64,000 nt of DNA, taken from assembly GCA_041917695.1 (NCBI GenBank), contig JAYRXE010000037.1, forward strand, positions 222,905 through 286,904. The letters are read 5' to 3'. The notes under the pieces are model-generated. The model made no database searches. It had not been told where the DNA came from and saw only the letters and a program-made list of their open reading frames with translations. Both the position numbers and the translations under genes were made by a program. This document shows positions 44,954 through 54,999 of the stretch, piece by piece. The number at the start of each line of letters is the position of its first letter. The stretch's first letter is position 1. The DNA comes from Minisyncoccota bacterium. Its GTDB lineage: Bacteria; Patescibacteriota; Minisyncoccia; UBA6257; GWB1-50-10.

Positions 44954-45397
44954 ATGAAGAATATGGAAAAGAAAATCATCATTCCTCTCGCAATCGTGGC
45001 CGTTCTCGTTGCCGGCGGATATGTCTATCAGCATCGATACCAGCTTTTCACGTTTGAAAATGGCAGCATCCAGATTGCTGAAAAGCCTGTTGAGCTTGCA
45101 ATACTGGGAACGTGGCGGAGCGCCGATGATCCGAAATTCACCCGAGAATTCACTGAAGACGGAAAAGTGATTGACCGGTATGAAGGAGACGCGTCTGCCG
45201 ACGTTGAGGGACGATGGTATGTTACGTCGACCGCCGAGATACCGTTTTCGATTCCCGTCGTGGAAGGGGCGACGGATATAAAGCTCCAATTCCCCGATGG
45301 AAACTATTTCTTCCGCGTAGCGGATGTTTCACGCACATCGCTCACACTCATCTATCTTGAACGCGGGAATTCGCTTCGATTTGAGCGCGCCCGCTAA
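44954..45397 (+). CDS. Hypothetical membrane-anchored protein.
   Basis: MKNMEKKIIIPLAIVAVLVAGGYVY transmembrane segment, then a soluble domain. The upstream part of ORF 44879.. overlaps the tRNA and was excluded. TATAAT 44949-44954. Confidence 0.5.
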   Translation: MKNMEKKIIIPLAIVAVLVAGGYVYQHRYQLFTFENGSIQIAEKPVELAILGTWRSADDPKFTREFTEDGKVIDRYEGDASADVEGRWYVTSTAEIPFSIPVVEGATDIKLQFPDGNYFFRVADVSRTSLTLIYLERGNSLRFERAR

Positions 45398-46008
45398 TTT
45401 CCCTCCACCGATCTTTTGGCTTTGCGGACGGAATAAATGACGGCGATGACGACGCCCGTAGCAAAGAGCGCGAGGAGGATGTTCGATGCGGCGCCTATTT
45501 TCGGCGCGTATTCCTCCCAGTATTTTCCGAGGATACTCCCGAGGATGGCATATCCGCCGCTCCAGATGAGTGCGGAAATGATGACGGCGGTAAGGTAGGT
45601 TCGCGGGCGCACGTGAAGCGCTCCCGCCGCAACTGACGTGTAGCCGCGTACGTAGGGGATGAGCCGACCCGCGAGAATTCCCCAAAAACCCTTTTTGGAA
45701 ACGCGCTCGCCAATTCGCTCGATGCGCTCCCGTGATAGCGGCAGCCATTTCGGCTTATGCCGGAAGATCTGTTCCTCAAAGAAATAGAAAACCCCGTAGA
45801 GGAGGGCTGTGCCGATGAAGTCAGCGCTAACGACGACGAGAAAAAGCACGGGCAGGCTGAAGGTGCCGATGGAGACCAGGTATCCCGAAAAAAGAAGGAC
45901 GAGTTCGTTCGGGACAGGGTTCGGGAAGCCGATTTCTTGGAGAAAAACGAGGCCGAAAACCGCAAGATATCCGTATTTTCCGATAAAAAGGGCGAGTTCA
46001 GGAGGCAT
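45394..46008 (-). CDS. DedA/SNARE-associated (VTT domain) family membrane protein.
   Basis: FLQEIGFPNPVPNELVLLFSGYL and LAGRLIPYVRGYTSVAAGALHV motifs, 204 aa. Confidence 0.8.
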   Translation of the reverse strand: MPPELALFIGKYGYLAVFGLVFLQEIGFPNPVPNELVLLFSGYLVSIGTFSLPVLFLVVVSADFIGTALLYGVFYFFEEQIFRHKPKWLPLSRERIERIGERVSKKGFWGILAGRLIPYVRGYTSVAAGALHVRPRTYLTAVIISALIWSGGYAILGSILGKYWEEYAPKIGAASNILLALFATGVVIAVIYSVRKAKRSVEGN

Positions 46009-46114
46009 GCATCAATTGTACTCGCTCCGCGCACCCTGCGGAAGCGATTTGCCTCTCGGGGCATGGAAGGGTATAAGAAAAAGCAGAAAATTAAATAACG
46101 AAAAGGAGGTTTGG

Positions 46115-46567
46115 ATGAAATTTGTGAAGATTGCGATGCCTCAGGAATCGGCACGGGGCTACTTCCTCTATCCGAGTATGCCGGAAGACAAAATGGAGCA
46201 TGATGGCTTCTTCTTGATTGGACAGGGGAATAACTGGGCATGGTTTGCGGTCGAAGCAAACGGAGATGGATTCACGCCCCTTATTGCGCAGGCGTGCGGA
46301 TTCCGTTGTCCGCAAAGCGAAGATGAATTTCGCATCGTCAAAACCTTTAAGATCGATCAAGCGCTTGCACTGGGCATCAGCCATATGCTCATCCTGCTTC
46401 AGGAATTCGTGCTTACGATGGTTGAGATAGACGATGATTCGTGCGAGGCCGATTCACTCACCTTGAGGGAATATTTTTCAGGCCTCAGGGTTTGCGTAAA
46501 GGAATTCTTGGATTTCATCGAGGATGAATCCGCACATCCTAATTTCACTTTTCTTAACCATGCATGA
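46115..46567 (+). CDS. Hypothetical protein.
   Basis: 150 aa. Perfect SD AAGGAGGT 5 nt upstream of the ATG at 46115. The upstream 102 aa of ORF 45809.. are antisense to DedA. Confidence 0.55.
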   Translation: MKFVKIAMPQESARGYFLYPSMPEDKMEHDGFFLIGQGNNWAWFAVEANGDGFTPLIAQACGFRCPQSEDEFRIVKTFKIDQALALGISHMLILLQEFVLTMVEIDDDSCEADSLTLREYFSGLRVCVKEFLDFIEDESAHPNFTFLNHA

Positions 46568-46689
46568 TCGCATGCGATTTCCCTCCCTCGCTTTTTCATT
46601 GGAACGAAAAGCACCCAGGGAAGCTTCATAAGCTCCGGCGCCAGTCGGGGCTTTTTCTATGGGTAGAGCCGTGTTATTTTTGTAGTGCT

Positions 46690-48501
46690 TTGCATATACG
46701 AAACTTTTGCATTATCGCCCATATCGATCACGGCAAGTCGACCCTCGCGGACCGGCTTCTTGAAGTTACGGGCACCGTCGAGAAGCGGAAGATGCAGGCG
46801 CAATTTCTCGATTCGCTCGACCTCGAGCGCGAGCGGGGCATCACCATCAAGATGGCGCCCGTGCGCATGAAATACGCGCTTGGCGGGAAGGAATACGTTT
46901 TGAATCTCATCGATACGCCAGGCCACAGCGATTTTTCGTACGAGGTCTCCCGCGCGCTTGAAGCGGTCGAGGGGGCGATCTTGCTCGTCGATGCGACGCA
47001 GGGCATCCAAGCCCAAACGCTTGCGAATTTCCATTCGGCGAAGAACGCCGGCCTCCATGTCATCGGGGCGGTGAACAAAGTCGACCTGGTGAAGGAGGCC
47101 GATCTGGGCGAATTGATCCATGAAATCGCGCTTTTGATCGGCGCGGAGCCGGAAGCGATCCACAAGATTTCCGGCAAAACCGGGGAGGGGGTGGACACGC
47201 TCTTGAAAAGCGTGGTCGGGGAAATTCCCGCGCCCACTGCTCGAACGGGAGGCGCAAAAGGCGTGAAGGGCCGGGCGCTCATCTTTGATTCATTTTATGA
47301 CAGCCACAAAGGCGTGGTGGCTTCGATTCGCGTCTTTGAGGGGAAAATCGGAAGTGAGGACGCGGTGTATCTCGTCGCCACAAACGTTTCCGCGAAGATG
47401 AAGGAACTCGGTACGTTCGCCCCGAAACTTACGCCGGGGACGTCGCTTTCCGAAGGGGAGATCGGTTACATCGCGACCGGCCTTAAGGATCCGGGCAAGG
47501 TGAAGATCGGCGACACCATCCTCGCTCCCGACGCGACATTTTCTTCAGCGCATGCGCGGAGCGCCGCCCTTCCCGGCTATCGCGAGCCGAATCCTGTGAT
47601 TTTCGTTTCATTCTATCCGGAGGAAAGCGACGATTACGAAACGCTCGTCAAAAGCCTCGAGAAATTGAAATTGAACGACTCGGCGCTTTCGATCGACCCT
47701 GATCAAAACGAGGTATTGGGCCGCGGGTTCAAGGTGGGCTTCCTCGGTAAGCTGCATTTCGAAATCGTCGCGGAGCGCTTGCGGCGGGAGTTCGACGTGG
47801 AGGTGATGAACACCTTTCCGTCCGTGCTTTATAAGGTAAAGCTGAAAACCGGCGACTGGACGGAGATCGTGAAGCCCGAAGACCTTCCGACCGATTATCT
47901 GGAAATCCAGGAGCCGGTGATTTCCATGGAGATCATCACGCCGACGAAATATCTGCCCGCCTTGATCGGCATCCAGCAGAAATTCCGCATGGCGGTCTTG
48001 AACAACGAAACGCTCGGCGACCGCATCCGTATTTCCGCCGAAATGCCGCTTGTGGAGCTCGTCTCCGACTTCGACGACAATTTAAAATCGGCTACCGAAG
48101 GGTATGCTTCCTTCAGTTACGAGGTGAAAGGATATGAGCGGGCCGATGTCGTCCGCGTGGATTTGCTCGTCTCCGGCGAACTGGTCCCCGGCCTTTCGCG
48201 CTTTTTCCCGCGTGAGACGCTCGAACGCGAAGCGCGCAAGATGGTGGAGAAGCTCAAGGATCTTCTGCCGCGCCAGCAATTTTCCCAGCCCGTGCAGGCA
48301 TCCGCCGGAGGGCGCATCGTCGCGCGTGCCGACATACCCGCCCTGCGGAAGGAACTTGGCAATTTCGGCAAGAACGGGGGAGACCGCACCCGCAAGATGA
48401 AACTGTGGAAGAAGCAGAAGAGGGGAAAGGAACGATTGAAGGAACGGAGCGAGGCGACTATCTCCCCATCCGTATTCAAAGAATTGCTGAAGAAGGAATA
48501 A
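46690..48501 (+). CDS. lepA: Elongation factor 4 (LepA).
   Basis: IRNFCIIAHIDHGKSTLADRLL G1, DTPGH, NKVDL, and a LepA-specific C-terminal domain. I prefer the TTG at 46690, which gives MHIRNFC.. The alternative ATG at 46564 adds 42 W/C-rich residues that look non-coding. Confidence 0.8.
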   Translation: MHIRNFCIIAHIDHGKSTLADRLLEVTGTVEKRKMQAQFLDSLDLERERGITIKMAPVRMKYALGGKEYVLNLIDTPGHSDFSYEVSRALEAVEGAILLVDATQGIQAQTLANFHSAKNAGLHVIGAVNKVDLVKEADLGELIHEIALLIGAEPEAIHKISGKTGEGVDTLLKSVVGEIPAPTARTGGAKGVKGRALIFDSFYDSHKGVVASIRVFEGKIGSEDAVYLVATNVSAKMKELGTFAPKLTPGTSLSEGEIGYIATGLKDPGKVKIGDTILAPDATFSSAHARSAALPGYREPNPVIFVSFYPEESDDYETLVKSLEKLKLNDSALSIDPDQNEVLGRGFKVGFLGKLHFEIVAERLRREFDVEVMNTFPSVLYKVKLKTGDWTEIVKPEDLPTDYLEIQEPVISMEIITPTKYLPALIGIQQKFRMAVLNNETLGDRIRISAEMPLVELVSDFDDNLKSATEGYASFSYEVKGYERADVVRVDLLVSGELVPGLSRFFPRETLEREARKMVEKLKDLLPRQQFSQPVQASAGGRIVARADIPALRKELGNFGKNGGDRTRKMKLWKKQKRGKERLKERSEATISPSVFKELLKKE

Positions 48502-48502
48502 A

Positions 48503-48525
48503 AAATCCCGCATTATGCGGGATTT
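48503..48525. terminator. Bidirectional terminator.
   Basis: aaatcccgcattatgcgggattt. Confidence 0.65.
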
Positions 48526-48833
48526 GAAATATTGTTGTTTTCGCCTTTTGAGCGAGCAAGGCTTTTTCCGGCAACGAAGGAAAGTATCCCCATTACTAAA
48601 ACGATAACAAATAATGGAACGATCAAACGAGAGAAGTGAGAAAAGTTCTTTGCAATCGCGGAGGCTATCATATAGCTCCAAAAAGCGCAGCCTGTAACTC
48701 CCGTAAAAAACAGTGATACCGAGAGTTTTCTGAACCTGCCATTTAATATGGCGACAATTGCCAGAAATATGACGGAAATACCTATTCCAATCAGCCCAGT
48801 TTTTACTGATGACTCAAGTAATGATGCGTACAT
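48513..48833 (-). CDS. Hypothetical small membrane protein.
   Basis: 106 aa, three predicted transmembrane helices, low-GC region. Confidence 0.5.
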   Translation of the reverse strand: MYASLLESSVKTGLIGIGISVIFLAIVAILNGRFRKLSVSLFFTGVTGCAFWSYMIASAIAKNFSHFSRLIVPLFVIVLVMGILSFVAGKSLARSKGENNNISNPA

Positions 48834-49033
48834 CTTTAACTCCTTTTGGTTAATTTTCTAAGTATAATTATACATCAAAATAGTAAAAAAGTCAATAGCT
48901 TGGCTTTTCGGAGGCCCCGGCGTGGGTGCTATGTGGATAAATGCCGTTTTTTCATTGACAATCCGGGGGGTTTCGTACACAATTGAATACGTTTCGTTAC
49001 AGTCGAACGAACAACGCAAAAACAGAATTTTCT

Positions 49034-50233
49034 ATGGCAGAAAAAGAGAAATTCAAGCGCGATAAACCGCACGTAAACGTGGGGACCATCGGCCATGTCG
49101 ACCATGGCAAGACCACCCTTACGGCGGCTATCACGCACGTCCTCTTCATGAAAGGACTCGTGAAGAAGGAAGAAAAGGTCGACCAGATCGATAACGCTCC
49201 GGAAGAAAAAGCCCGTGGCATCACGATCGCGCTTCACCACTCGGAATACGAGTCGGAAAAGCGCCACTATGCCCACATCGACGCTCCGGGCCACGCCGAC
49301 TACATCAAGAACATGATCACCGGCGCCGCCCAGATGGACGGTGCGGTACTCGTGGTTTCCGCGACGGACGGCCCCATGCCGCAGACGCGCGAGCACATCC
49401 TGCTTGCCCGCCAGGTCGGCGTGCCTTCCATCGTCGTATTCTTGAACAAGTGCGACATGGTTGACGATCCGGAAATGATCGACTTGGTCGAATCCGAAGT
49501 CCGCGAACTCTTGAAGAAGTACAACTTCCCGGGAGACGAGACTCCGGTCATCCGCGGTTCCGGCCTCAAAGCGCTTGAGGCGAAGTCGGCGGACGATGAG
49601 GCTGCGAAGCCCATCCTCCAGCTTATCGAGGCGCTCGATAACTACATCCCCGAGCCCCAGCGCGCGGTGGATAAGCCGTTCTTGATGCCCGTCGAAGACA
49701 TCTTCTCGATTGAAGGCCGCGGCACCGTCGTGACCGGCAAGGTTGAGCGCGGTGTCATCAAGGTGAACGAGGAAATCGAGATCATCGGCATCCGCCCGAC
49801 CTCGAAGACCGTCGTCACCGGCATCGAAATGTTCCAGAAGCTCTTGGACGAAGGCCAGGCTGGCGACAACGTCGGCATCCTTCTCCGCGGCTTGAAGAAA
49901 GAGGACGTGGAGCGCGGACAGGTACTCGCGAAGCCCGGCTCGGTCACCCCGCACACCGAATTCGAAGCCGAAATCTACGTGCTTTCGAAGGAGGAAGGCG
50001 GACGCCATACGCCGTTCTTCAAAGGCTATAAGCCCCAGTTCTACATCCGCACGACCGACGTGACCGGCGAAGTCATCCTTCCGGCCGGAACCGAAATGGT
50101 CATGCCGGGCGATACCATCACGATTTCCGTGAAGCTCATCGCTCCGGTCGCGCTCGAGGAAAAGCAGCGTTTCGCCATCCGCGAAGGCGGCAAGACCGTC
50201 GGCGCCGGTGCGGTAACGAAGATCATCAAGTAA
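49034..50233 (+). CDS. tuf: Elongation factor Tu.
   Basis: [42 protein letters not shown]. Start at the internal ATG 49034 of ORF 48983... Confidence 0.95.
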   Translation: MAEKEKFKRDKPHVNVGTIGHVDHGKTTLTAAITHVLFMKGLVKKEEKVDQIDNAPEEKARGITIALHHSEYESEKRHYAHIDAPGHADYIKNMITGAAQMDGAVLVVSATDGPMPQTREHILLARQVGVPSIVVFLNKCDMVDDPEMIDLVESEVRELLKKYNFPGDETPVIRGSGLKALEAKSADDEAAKPILQLIEALDNYIPEPQRAVDKPFLMPVEDIFSIEGRGTVVTGKVERGVIKVNEEIEIIGIRPTSKTVVTGIEMFQKLLDEGQAGDNVGILLRGLKKEDVERGQVLAKPGSVTPHTEFEAEIYVLSKEEGGRHTPFFKGYKPQFYIRTTDVTGEVILPAGTEMVMPGDTITISVKLIAPVALEEKQRFAIREGGKTVGAGAVTKIIK

Positions 50234-50258
50234 ACCAACACCAAGCACCTTAGCCATC

Positions 50259-50585
50259 ATGGCAAAAAAAACAGAACTTAAAGAAAGATTGCGTTTGCGG
50301 ATCAAGGCGTATGACGCGCGCCTCATCGATTCGTCGGTGAAGCAGATCGTCGAAGCCGTGAAATTCCAGGGAGCGGACGTGCATGGTCCCATCCCGCTCC
50401 CCACGGAGTTCAAGCGCTACGCCGTTAATCGTTCGACATTCGTACATAAAAAAAGCGGGGAACATTTCGAACTCCGCGTCCATAAACGTCTTATCGACAT
50501 CCTGAATCCCTCCCAAAAGATCATCGAATCGCTCTCCGACCTGAACCTTCCGGCCGGCGTCGACATCGAGATCAAAATGGGCTAG
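50259..50585 (+). CDS. rpsJ: 30S ribosomal protein S10.
   Basis: [36 protein letters not shown]. Confidence 0.95.
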   Translation: MAKKTELKERLRLRIKAYDARLIDSSVKQIVEAVKFQGADVHGPIPLPTEFKRYAVNRSTFVHKKSGEHFELRVHKRLIDILNPSQKIIESLSDLNLPAGVDIEIKMG

Positions 50586-50624
50586 GGAACGCCGAAACCG
50601 CCGATGCCTCAGTCCCGAAAAGGA

Positions 50625-50653
50625 TTGACGCGCGCCAGAAAAAGGGATAAGAT
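50625..50653 (+). promoter_or_regulatory. Putative promoter inside the rpsJ-rplC spacer (TTGACG-N17-TAAGAT).
   Basis: TTGACG at 50625-50630, TAAGAT at 50648-50653. Confidence 0.35.
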
Positions 50654-50704
50654 CGCATGGAAGCCAGTTAGGCAGTTTTTATCCTTTTATTAAAGGTACA
50701 ACTG

Positions 50705-50738
50705 AAAAACAGCAGGGCTTCCGCCCTGCTGTTTTTCT
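50705..50738 (+). terminator. Rho-independent terminator or attenuator inside the S10 operon spacer.
   Basis: aaaaacagcagggcttccgccctgctgtttttct: 9-bp GC stem, TTCC loop, T5. Confidence 0.6.
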
Positions 50739-50787
50739 ATGGGGCACCTCTTGGAAATCTCCCGATTCCAACGTGCACATACATGCT

Positions 50788-51213
50788 ATGACTATCAAAG
50801 CCAAAAAAGTGAAAATGACCCAGATTTGGGACGAAACGCACGTCATTCCGGTGACGGTTCTTTCCTGCGATATCGCGGACGGAGCCTCCATCGAGCTCGA
50901 GAAAGGGGAAAAAGTGAGCGTGACGGGCATTTCGAAGGGCCGCGGTTTCCAGGGCGTCGTGAAACGCCACGGGTTCCACGGCGGTCCGAAGACCCACGGC
51001 CAGAAAGACCGTCTCCGCGCTCCCGGTTCGAACGGTCCCACGGCGCCCCAGCGCGTCATCAAGGGCCGCAAAATGGCGGGACATATGGGCGTCGAAAAGG
51101 TTACCGTGAAGAACCTCAAGGTCGCCTTGGTGAACGCCGAAGAGAAGATTGTCATGGTCGAAGGGGCCGTTCCCGGCAATCGCGGGGGGCAGGTCATGAT
51201 CGTGAAGAAATAA
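50788..51213 (+). CDS. rplC: 50S ribosomal protein L3.
   Basis: MTIKAKKVKMTQIWDETHVIPVTV. The GTG at 50773 is an alternative start. Confidence 0.9.
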   Translation: MTIKAKKVKMTQIWDETHVIPVTVLSCDIADGASIELEKGEKVSVTGISKGRGFQGVVKRHGFHGGPKTHGQKDRLRAPGSNGPTAPQRVIKGRKMAGHMGVEKVTVKNLKVALVNAEEKIVMVEGAVPGNRGGQVMIVKK

Positions 51214-51217
51214 ACAT

Positions 51218-51853
51218 ATGAACGCAGATATCCTCGACATACACGGCAAGAAGACCGGAACCATCGAACTCCCGAAGGAGCTTTTTGGTGTCCGCTGGAG
51301 CCCCGATGCGGTGCACCAGGTCGTCGAGGCTCATCGCGCGAATATGCGTCAGCCGATTGCACATGCCAAAACCCGCGGCGAAGTCGCCGGCGGCGGCAAG
51401 AAACCGTGGCGCCAAAAGGGGACGGGCCGCGCCCGTCACGGCTCGCGCCGGTCTCCCATTTGGGTCGGCGGCGGCGTCACCCACGGTCCGCGCAACGACA
51501 AGGATTATTCCAAAAAGGTGAATCGCAAGATGAAGCGTTTCGCCCTCGCTTCGCTTCTCTCCCGCAAATTCAAGGAAGGGGAAGTCTTCGTTTTTGAAAA
51601 TTTCTCGCTGGAAGCGCCGAAGACGAAAGCGGTCGCGGCAATGATAAAGTCCGCCGCACTTCCGAAGTCGGTTCTTTTCGTGCGCGATGCGTCGAACGCC
51701 GGTTTTGCCCGCGCGTCCCGGAACATCCCGAAAGTGGAATCGCTTTCCGAAAAGACCCTGAACGCGTATGCCTGCATGGCGCACAAAGGTGTTGTTTTTG
51801 AAAAAGCTGCGCTCATGAATCTCGCAAAAATCTACACGGGTACCGACAAATAA
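51218..51853 (+). CDS. rplD: 50S ribosomal protein L4.
   Basis: KPWRQKGTGRARHGS. Confidence 0.95.
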   Translation: MNADILDIHGKKTGTIELPKELFGVRWSPDAVHQVVEAHRANMRQPIAHAKTRGEVAGGGKKPWRQKGTGRARHGSRRSPIWVGGGVTHGPRNDKDYSKKVNRKMKRFALASLLSRKFKEGEVFVFENFSLEAPKTKAVAAMIKSAALPKSVLFVRDASNAGFARASRNIPKVESLSEKTLNAYACMAHKGVVFEKAALMNLAKIYTGTDK

Positions 51854-51859
51854 CGACCT

Positions 51860-52174
51860 ATGAAAAAGACCACGAAAATCGAAAAGGTTGGCGGACAAAC
51901 AGCGGCGAGAAGCGTCATTATCCGCCCGTACGTCAGCGAAAAATCCCAGCGCGGCCTCCAGTCGGGCCAGTATTCGTTTCTCGTGGATTCCCGCGCGAAC
52001 AAAATTCTCGTGAAGCGGGAAGTCGAGGTGAAGCACGGCGTGCACGTGATTGCCGTCACGATGGCGCCGGTCCGCGTAAAGCCCTCGCGCTTCCGTGGCA
52101 AGGTAACCGCGTTTAAGAACGCAAAAAAGGCGACTGTGCGCTTGAAGGACGGGGAACGCATCGACACCGCCTAA
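51860..52174 (+). CDS. rplW: 50S ribosomal protein L23.
   Basis: IIRPYVSEKS..YSFLVDSRANK. Confidence 0.9.
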   Translation: MKKTTKIEKVGGQTAARSVIIRPYVSEKSQRGLQSGQYSFLVDSRANKILVKREVEVKHGVHVIAVTMAPVRVKPSRFRGKVTAFKNAKKATVRLKDGERIDTA

Positions 52175-52178
52175 TCAT

Positions 52179-53012
52179 ATGAAATCCTACAATCCCACAA
52201 CGCCGTCGAGGCGGCATTATACCGCGGTTGAGTATCGGAAGCTCGTATCGAAGGGCGGTCCGAAAAAGCAGCTTACGAAGCGGCTGAAGTCGCACGGCGG
52301 CAGGAACAACCAGGGACGCATTACCATGCGCCACCAGGGCGGAGGCAATAAGAAGGTGTATCGCATCGTTGATTTCAAGCAGATGAAGCTTGATGTTCCG
52401 GGCGTCATCCGCTCCGTCGAATACGATCCCTACCGCTCCGGTTTCATCGCGCTTGTTTCCTACAAGGACGGCGAATACCGCTACATCCTTGCGTCGAGCG
52501 ACATGAAACCCGGCATGGTGGTGGTAACTTCGGTGAATGCGTCATTCGATCCCGGCAACCGCACGAATATCGGCCGCATTCCCGTCGGTTCTTTTGTCTA
52601 CAATATCGAGCTCCAGCCCGGCAAAGGCGGCCAGATGGCGCGTTCAGCGGGGAGTTATGCGCAAATTCTCGCGCATGATTCGGGATACACCCAGCTCAAG
52701 ATGTCATCCGGCGAAATCCGCCGCATCCTTTCCTTGTGCTTCGCCTCTATCGGCAAGGTTTCGAACCACGAATATTCCCTTACGAATATCGGCAAGGCGG
52801 GCCGGAGCCGCGCACTCGGCATCCGTCCGACGGTCCGCGGTACGGCCATGAATCCCCGCGACCATCCGTACGGCGGCGGTGAAGGAAGCCAGCCTCGCGG
52901 TACCCGGAAACCGAAGACCAAGTGGGGCAAGGTGACCGGCGGCAGAAAGACCCGCGATCCGAAGAAATGGTCGTCGAAGCTCATCATGAAGCGGCGGGCG
53001 AAGAAGCGATAA
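52179..53012 (+). CDS. rplB: 50S ribosomal protein L2.
   Basis: GGGNKKVYRIVDFK, HPYGGGEG. Confidence 0.95.
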   Translation: MKSYNPTTPSRRHYTAVEYRKLVSKGGPKKQLTKRLKSHGGRNNQGRITMRHQGGGNKKVYRIVDFKQMKLDVPGVIRSVEYDPYRSGFIALVSYKDGEYRYILASSDMKPGMVVVTSVNASFDPGNRTNIGRIPVGSFVYNIELQPGKGGQMARSAGSYAQILAHDSGYTQLKMSSGEIRRILSLCFASIGKVSNHEYSLTNIGKAGRSRALGIRPTVRGTAMNPRDHPYGGGEGSQPRGTRKPKTKWGKVTGGRKTRDPKKWSSKLIMKRRAKKR

Positions 53013-53061
53013 TTGACCCGCGCCTGCATTACCGATACAGTAACAAAACGTTTTATATATC

Positions 53062-53367
53062 ATGTCGAGATCAGCAAAAAAAGGACCGTACATCGACCCG
53101 AAACTCTTGAAGAAGATTTCGAAGGTTCTTCCTGACGGCAAAAATCCCATCAAGACGTGGGCGCGCGCTTCGGAAATTTCACCCGAAATGGTCGGGCACG
53201 TGTTCCAGGTGCACAACGGCAAGCAATTCATCGAAGTCCGCATCACGGAAGACATGATCGGCCACCGTCTCGGCGAATTCTCGCCGACGCGCAAATTCGT
53301 GAAGCACGGCGGAAAGATCCAAAAAGGCCTCGAAGCCCAGGCAAAGGCTCCCGCGCCGAAAAAATAA
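53062..53367 (+). CDS. rpsS: 30S ribosomal protein S19.
   Basis: [29 protein letters not shown]. Confidence 0.95.
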   Translation: MSRSAKKGPYIDPKLLKKISKVLPDGKNPIKTWARASEISPEMVGHVFQVHNGKQFIEVRITEDMIGHRLGEFSPTRKFVKHGGKIQKGLEAQAKAPAPKK

Positions 53368-53373
53368 CGAATC

Positions 53374-53871
53374 ATGAAACAGGCAACCGCACATCTGAAG
53401 TATCTCCGCGTCGCGCCCCGCAAGGTGCGTTTCGTGGCTGACCTTATCCGCAAAGCCCCGGTTACGGAAGCCGAGGCCCAGCTTATGCTGTTGCCCCAGC
53501 GCTCTTCCGAGCATTTGCTGAAGCTTTTGCGTTCGGCCGTTGCGAACGCCCGCGTGCTGAAGCTCGACCCCGCGAAGCTTTTTGTCTCTTCGATCACCGT
53601 TGACGAGGGTCCGCGCCTGAAGCGCCTCTCGCCCCGCGCCCGCGGATCGGCATACATCATCCAGAAGAAAATGAGCCATGTCTCGCTCACCCTCGCCGAA
53701 GGCGAGAAGCGGGGCCGTGATTTCATTTTCCCGGCGAAGGAAAAGAAGGTGAAGCGCGAACCGGGCGTAAAGCGCGCAAAAGCGTCGCCGAAGAAAGAGG
53801 AGAAGAAGGAGCCCAAGAAGGGCGGCGAAAAAGGCGCGTCGCGCAAGCTTTTCCAGAGAAAATCAGTTTAA
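53374..53871 (+). CDS. rplV: 50S ribosomal protein L22 with a Lys/Glu-rich C-terminal extension.
   Basis: L22 core (LRVAPRKVRFVADLIR) plus a basic tail of about 45 aa. Confidence 0.9.
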   Translation: MKQATAHLKYLRVAPRKVRFVADLIRKAPVTEAEAQLMLLPQRSSEHLLKLLRSAVANARVLKLDPAKLFVSSITVDEGPRLKRLSPRARGSAYIIQKKMSHVSLTLAEGEKRGRDFIFPAKEKKVKREPGVKRAKASPKKEEKKEPKKGGEKGASRKLFQRKSV

Positions 53872-53880
53872 TTTAGAACT

Positions 53881-54567
53881 ATGGCACAAAAAATAAAACC
53901 GACCGTCCTCCGTTTGGGGATCACCAAAGACTGGCAGAACCGCTGGTTCTACAAGCGTCCTTTGGCATACTTCCTCGAGGAAGACGAGTTGCTCCGCAAA
54001 GTTGCCATGAAGAAGGTCCTCGCCGCAGGCATTGACGCGCTTGAGATCGAGCGTCTCGGAAACGACGTCAAAGTGTGGATTCGCGCCCAGCGTCCCGGCC
54101 TTATCATCGGCCGCGGCGGCAAAGGCATCGAAGAGTTAAAGGACGCGCTTATGAAAGCCGTGAAGGCGCTTCGCAAGAAAAACCAGCGCCCCTTGCAGTT
54201 CAACATCAACATCAACATCGAGGAGCTCCGCCGGACGGACGTTTCCGCGTCGGTTGTCGCCCAGCAGGTGGCGGGCGATATCGAGAAGCGCATTCCGTTC
54301 CGCTCGTCGCTCCGCCGCAATCTGGAATTTTTGAAACAGAACCGCGAGGTGAAGGGGGCGAAGATCAAGGTTTCCGGTCGGCTGAACGGCGCGGAAATTT
54401 CACGCAGTGACTGGCAGATCTTCGGCTCAATGCCGCTCCAGACCCTCCGCGCGAACATCGATTACGGCGAGGCGACTTCGTATAACACCTACGGGACGAT
54501 CGGCGTGAAGGTATGGATTTACAAGGGCGAGATTTTCAGGAACCGCACCGGACGCGAGAGCCGTTAA
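53881..54567 (+). CDS. rpsC: 30S ribosomal protein S3.
   Basis: KH domain, GRGGKGIEELK. Confidence 0.95.
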   Translation: MAQKIKPTVLRLGITKDWQNRWFYKRPLAYFLEEDELLRKVAMKKVLAAGIDALEIERLGNDVKVWIRAQRPGLIIGRGGKGIEELKDALMKAVKALRKKNQRPLQFNININIEELRRTDVSASVVAQQVAGDIEKRIPFRSSLRRNLEFLKQNREVKGAKIKVSGRLNGAEISRSDWQIFGSMPLQTLRANIDYGEATSYNTYGTIGVKVWIYKGEIFRNRTGRESR

Positions 54568-54574
54568 ACACACT

Positions 54575-54991
54575 ATGTTGCAGCCTAAGAAAACCAAACA
54601 TCGCAAGATGCAAAAAGGGCGGTCGAGAAAGCGCATGACGGAAACGCGGGGTCTTACGATTTCCTACGGGAAATTCGCCTTGCAGGCGCAGGAAGGCGCG
54701 TGGATCACCGGCAACCAAATCGAGGCGGTCCGCAAATGCATTACGAACTCGTTGAAGCGCGAAGGCCGCACCTGGATCCGCATTTTCCCCGACAAGCCCA
54801 TCACCAAGCTTCCTCCCGAAGTCACCCTGGGCGGCGGTAAGGGCAACCTCGACCATTATGTGGCCGTCGTGAAGCCCGGACGCATCCTTTTCGAGGTCGA
54901 CGGAGTGAGCGAGGCGCGCGCCAAGGCCGCCTTGAAGAGCGGAAGCTATAAGCTCCCCATTAAGACCAAGGTCGTCGTCAAAGCACACTAA
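54575..54991 (+). CDS. rplP: 50S ribosomal protein L16.
   Basis: MLQPKKTKHRKMQKGR. Confidence 0.95.
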   Translation: MLQPKKTKHRKMQKGRSRKRMTETRGLTISYGKFALQAQEGAWITGNQIEAVRKCITNSLKREGRTWIRIFPDKPITKLPPEVTLGGGKGNLDHYVAVVKPGRILFEVDGVSEARAKAALKSGSYKLPIKTKVVVKAH

Positions 54992-54999
54992 CCGTACCT

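Noticed and set aside
46564-46689. 42-aa N-terminal extension of LepA from the ATG at 46564.
   Set aside because: W/C-rich, overlaps the upstream stop, and is AT-rich with hairpins. The TTG at 46690 gives the canonical LepA N-terminus. Kept as the alternative start only.
48929-50413. 494-aa minus-strand ORF covering tuf and rpsJ.
   Set aside because: Antisense to EF-Tu and S10, which are unambiguous. Typical long GC-rich shadow ORF.
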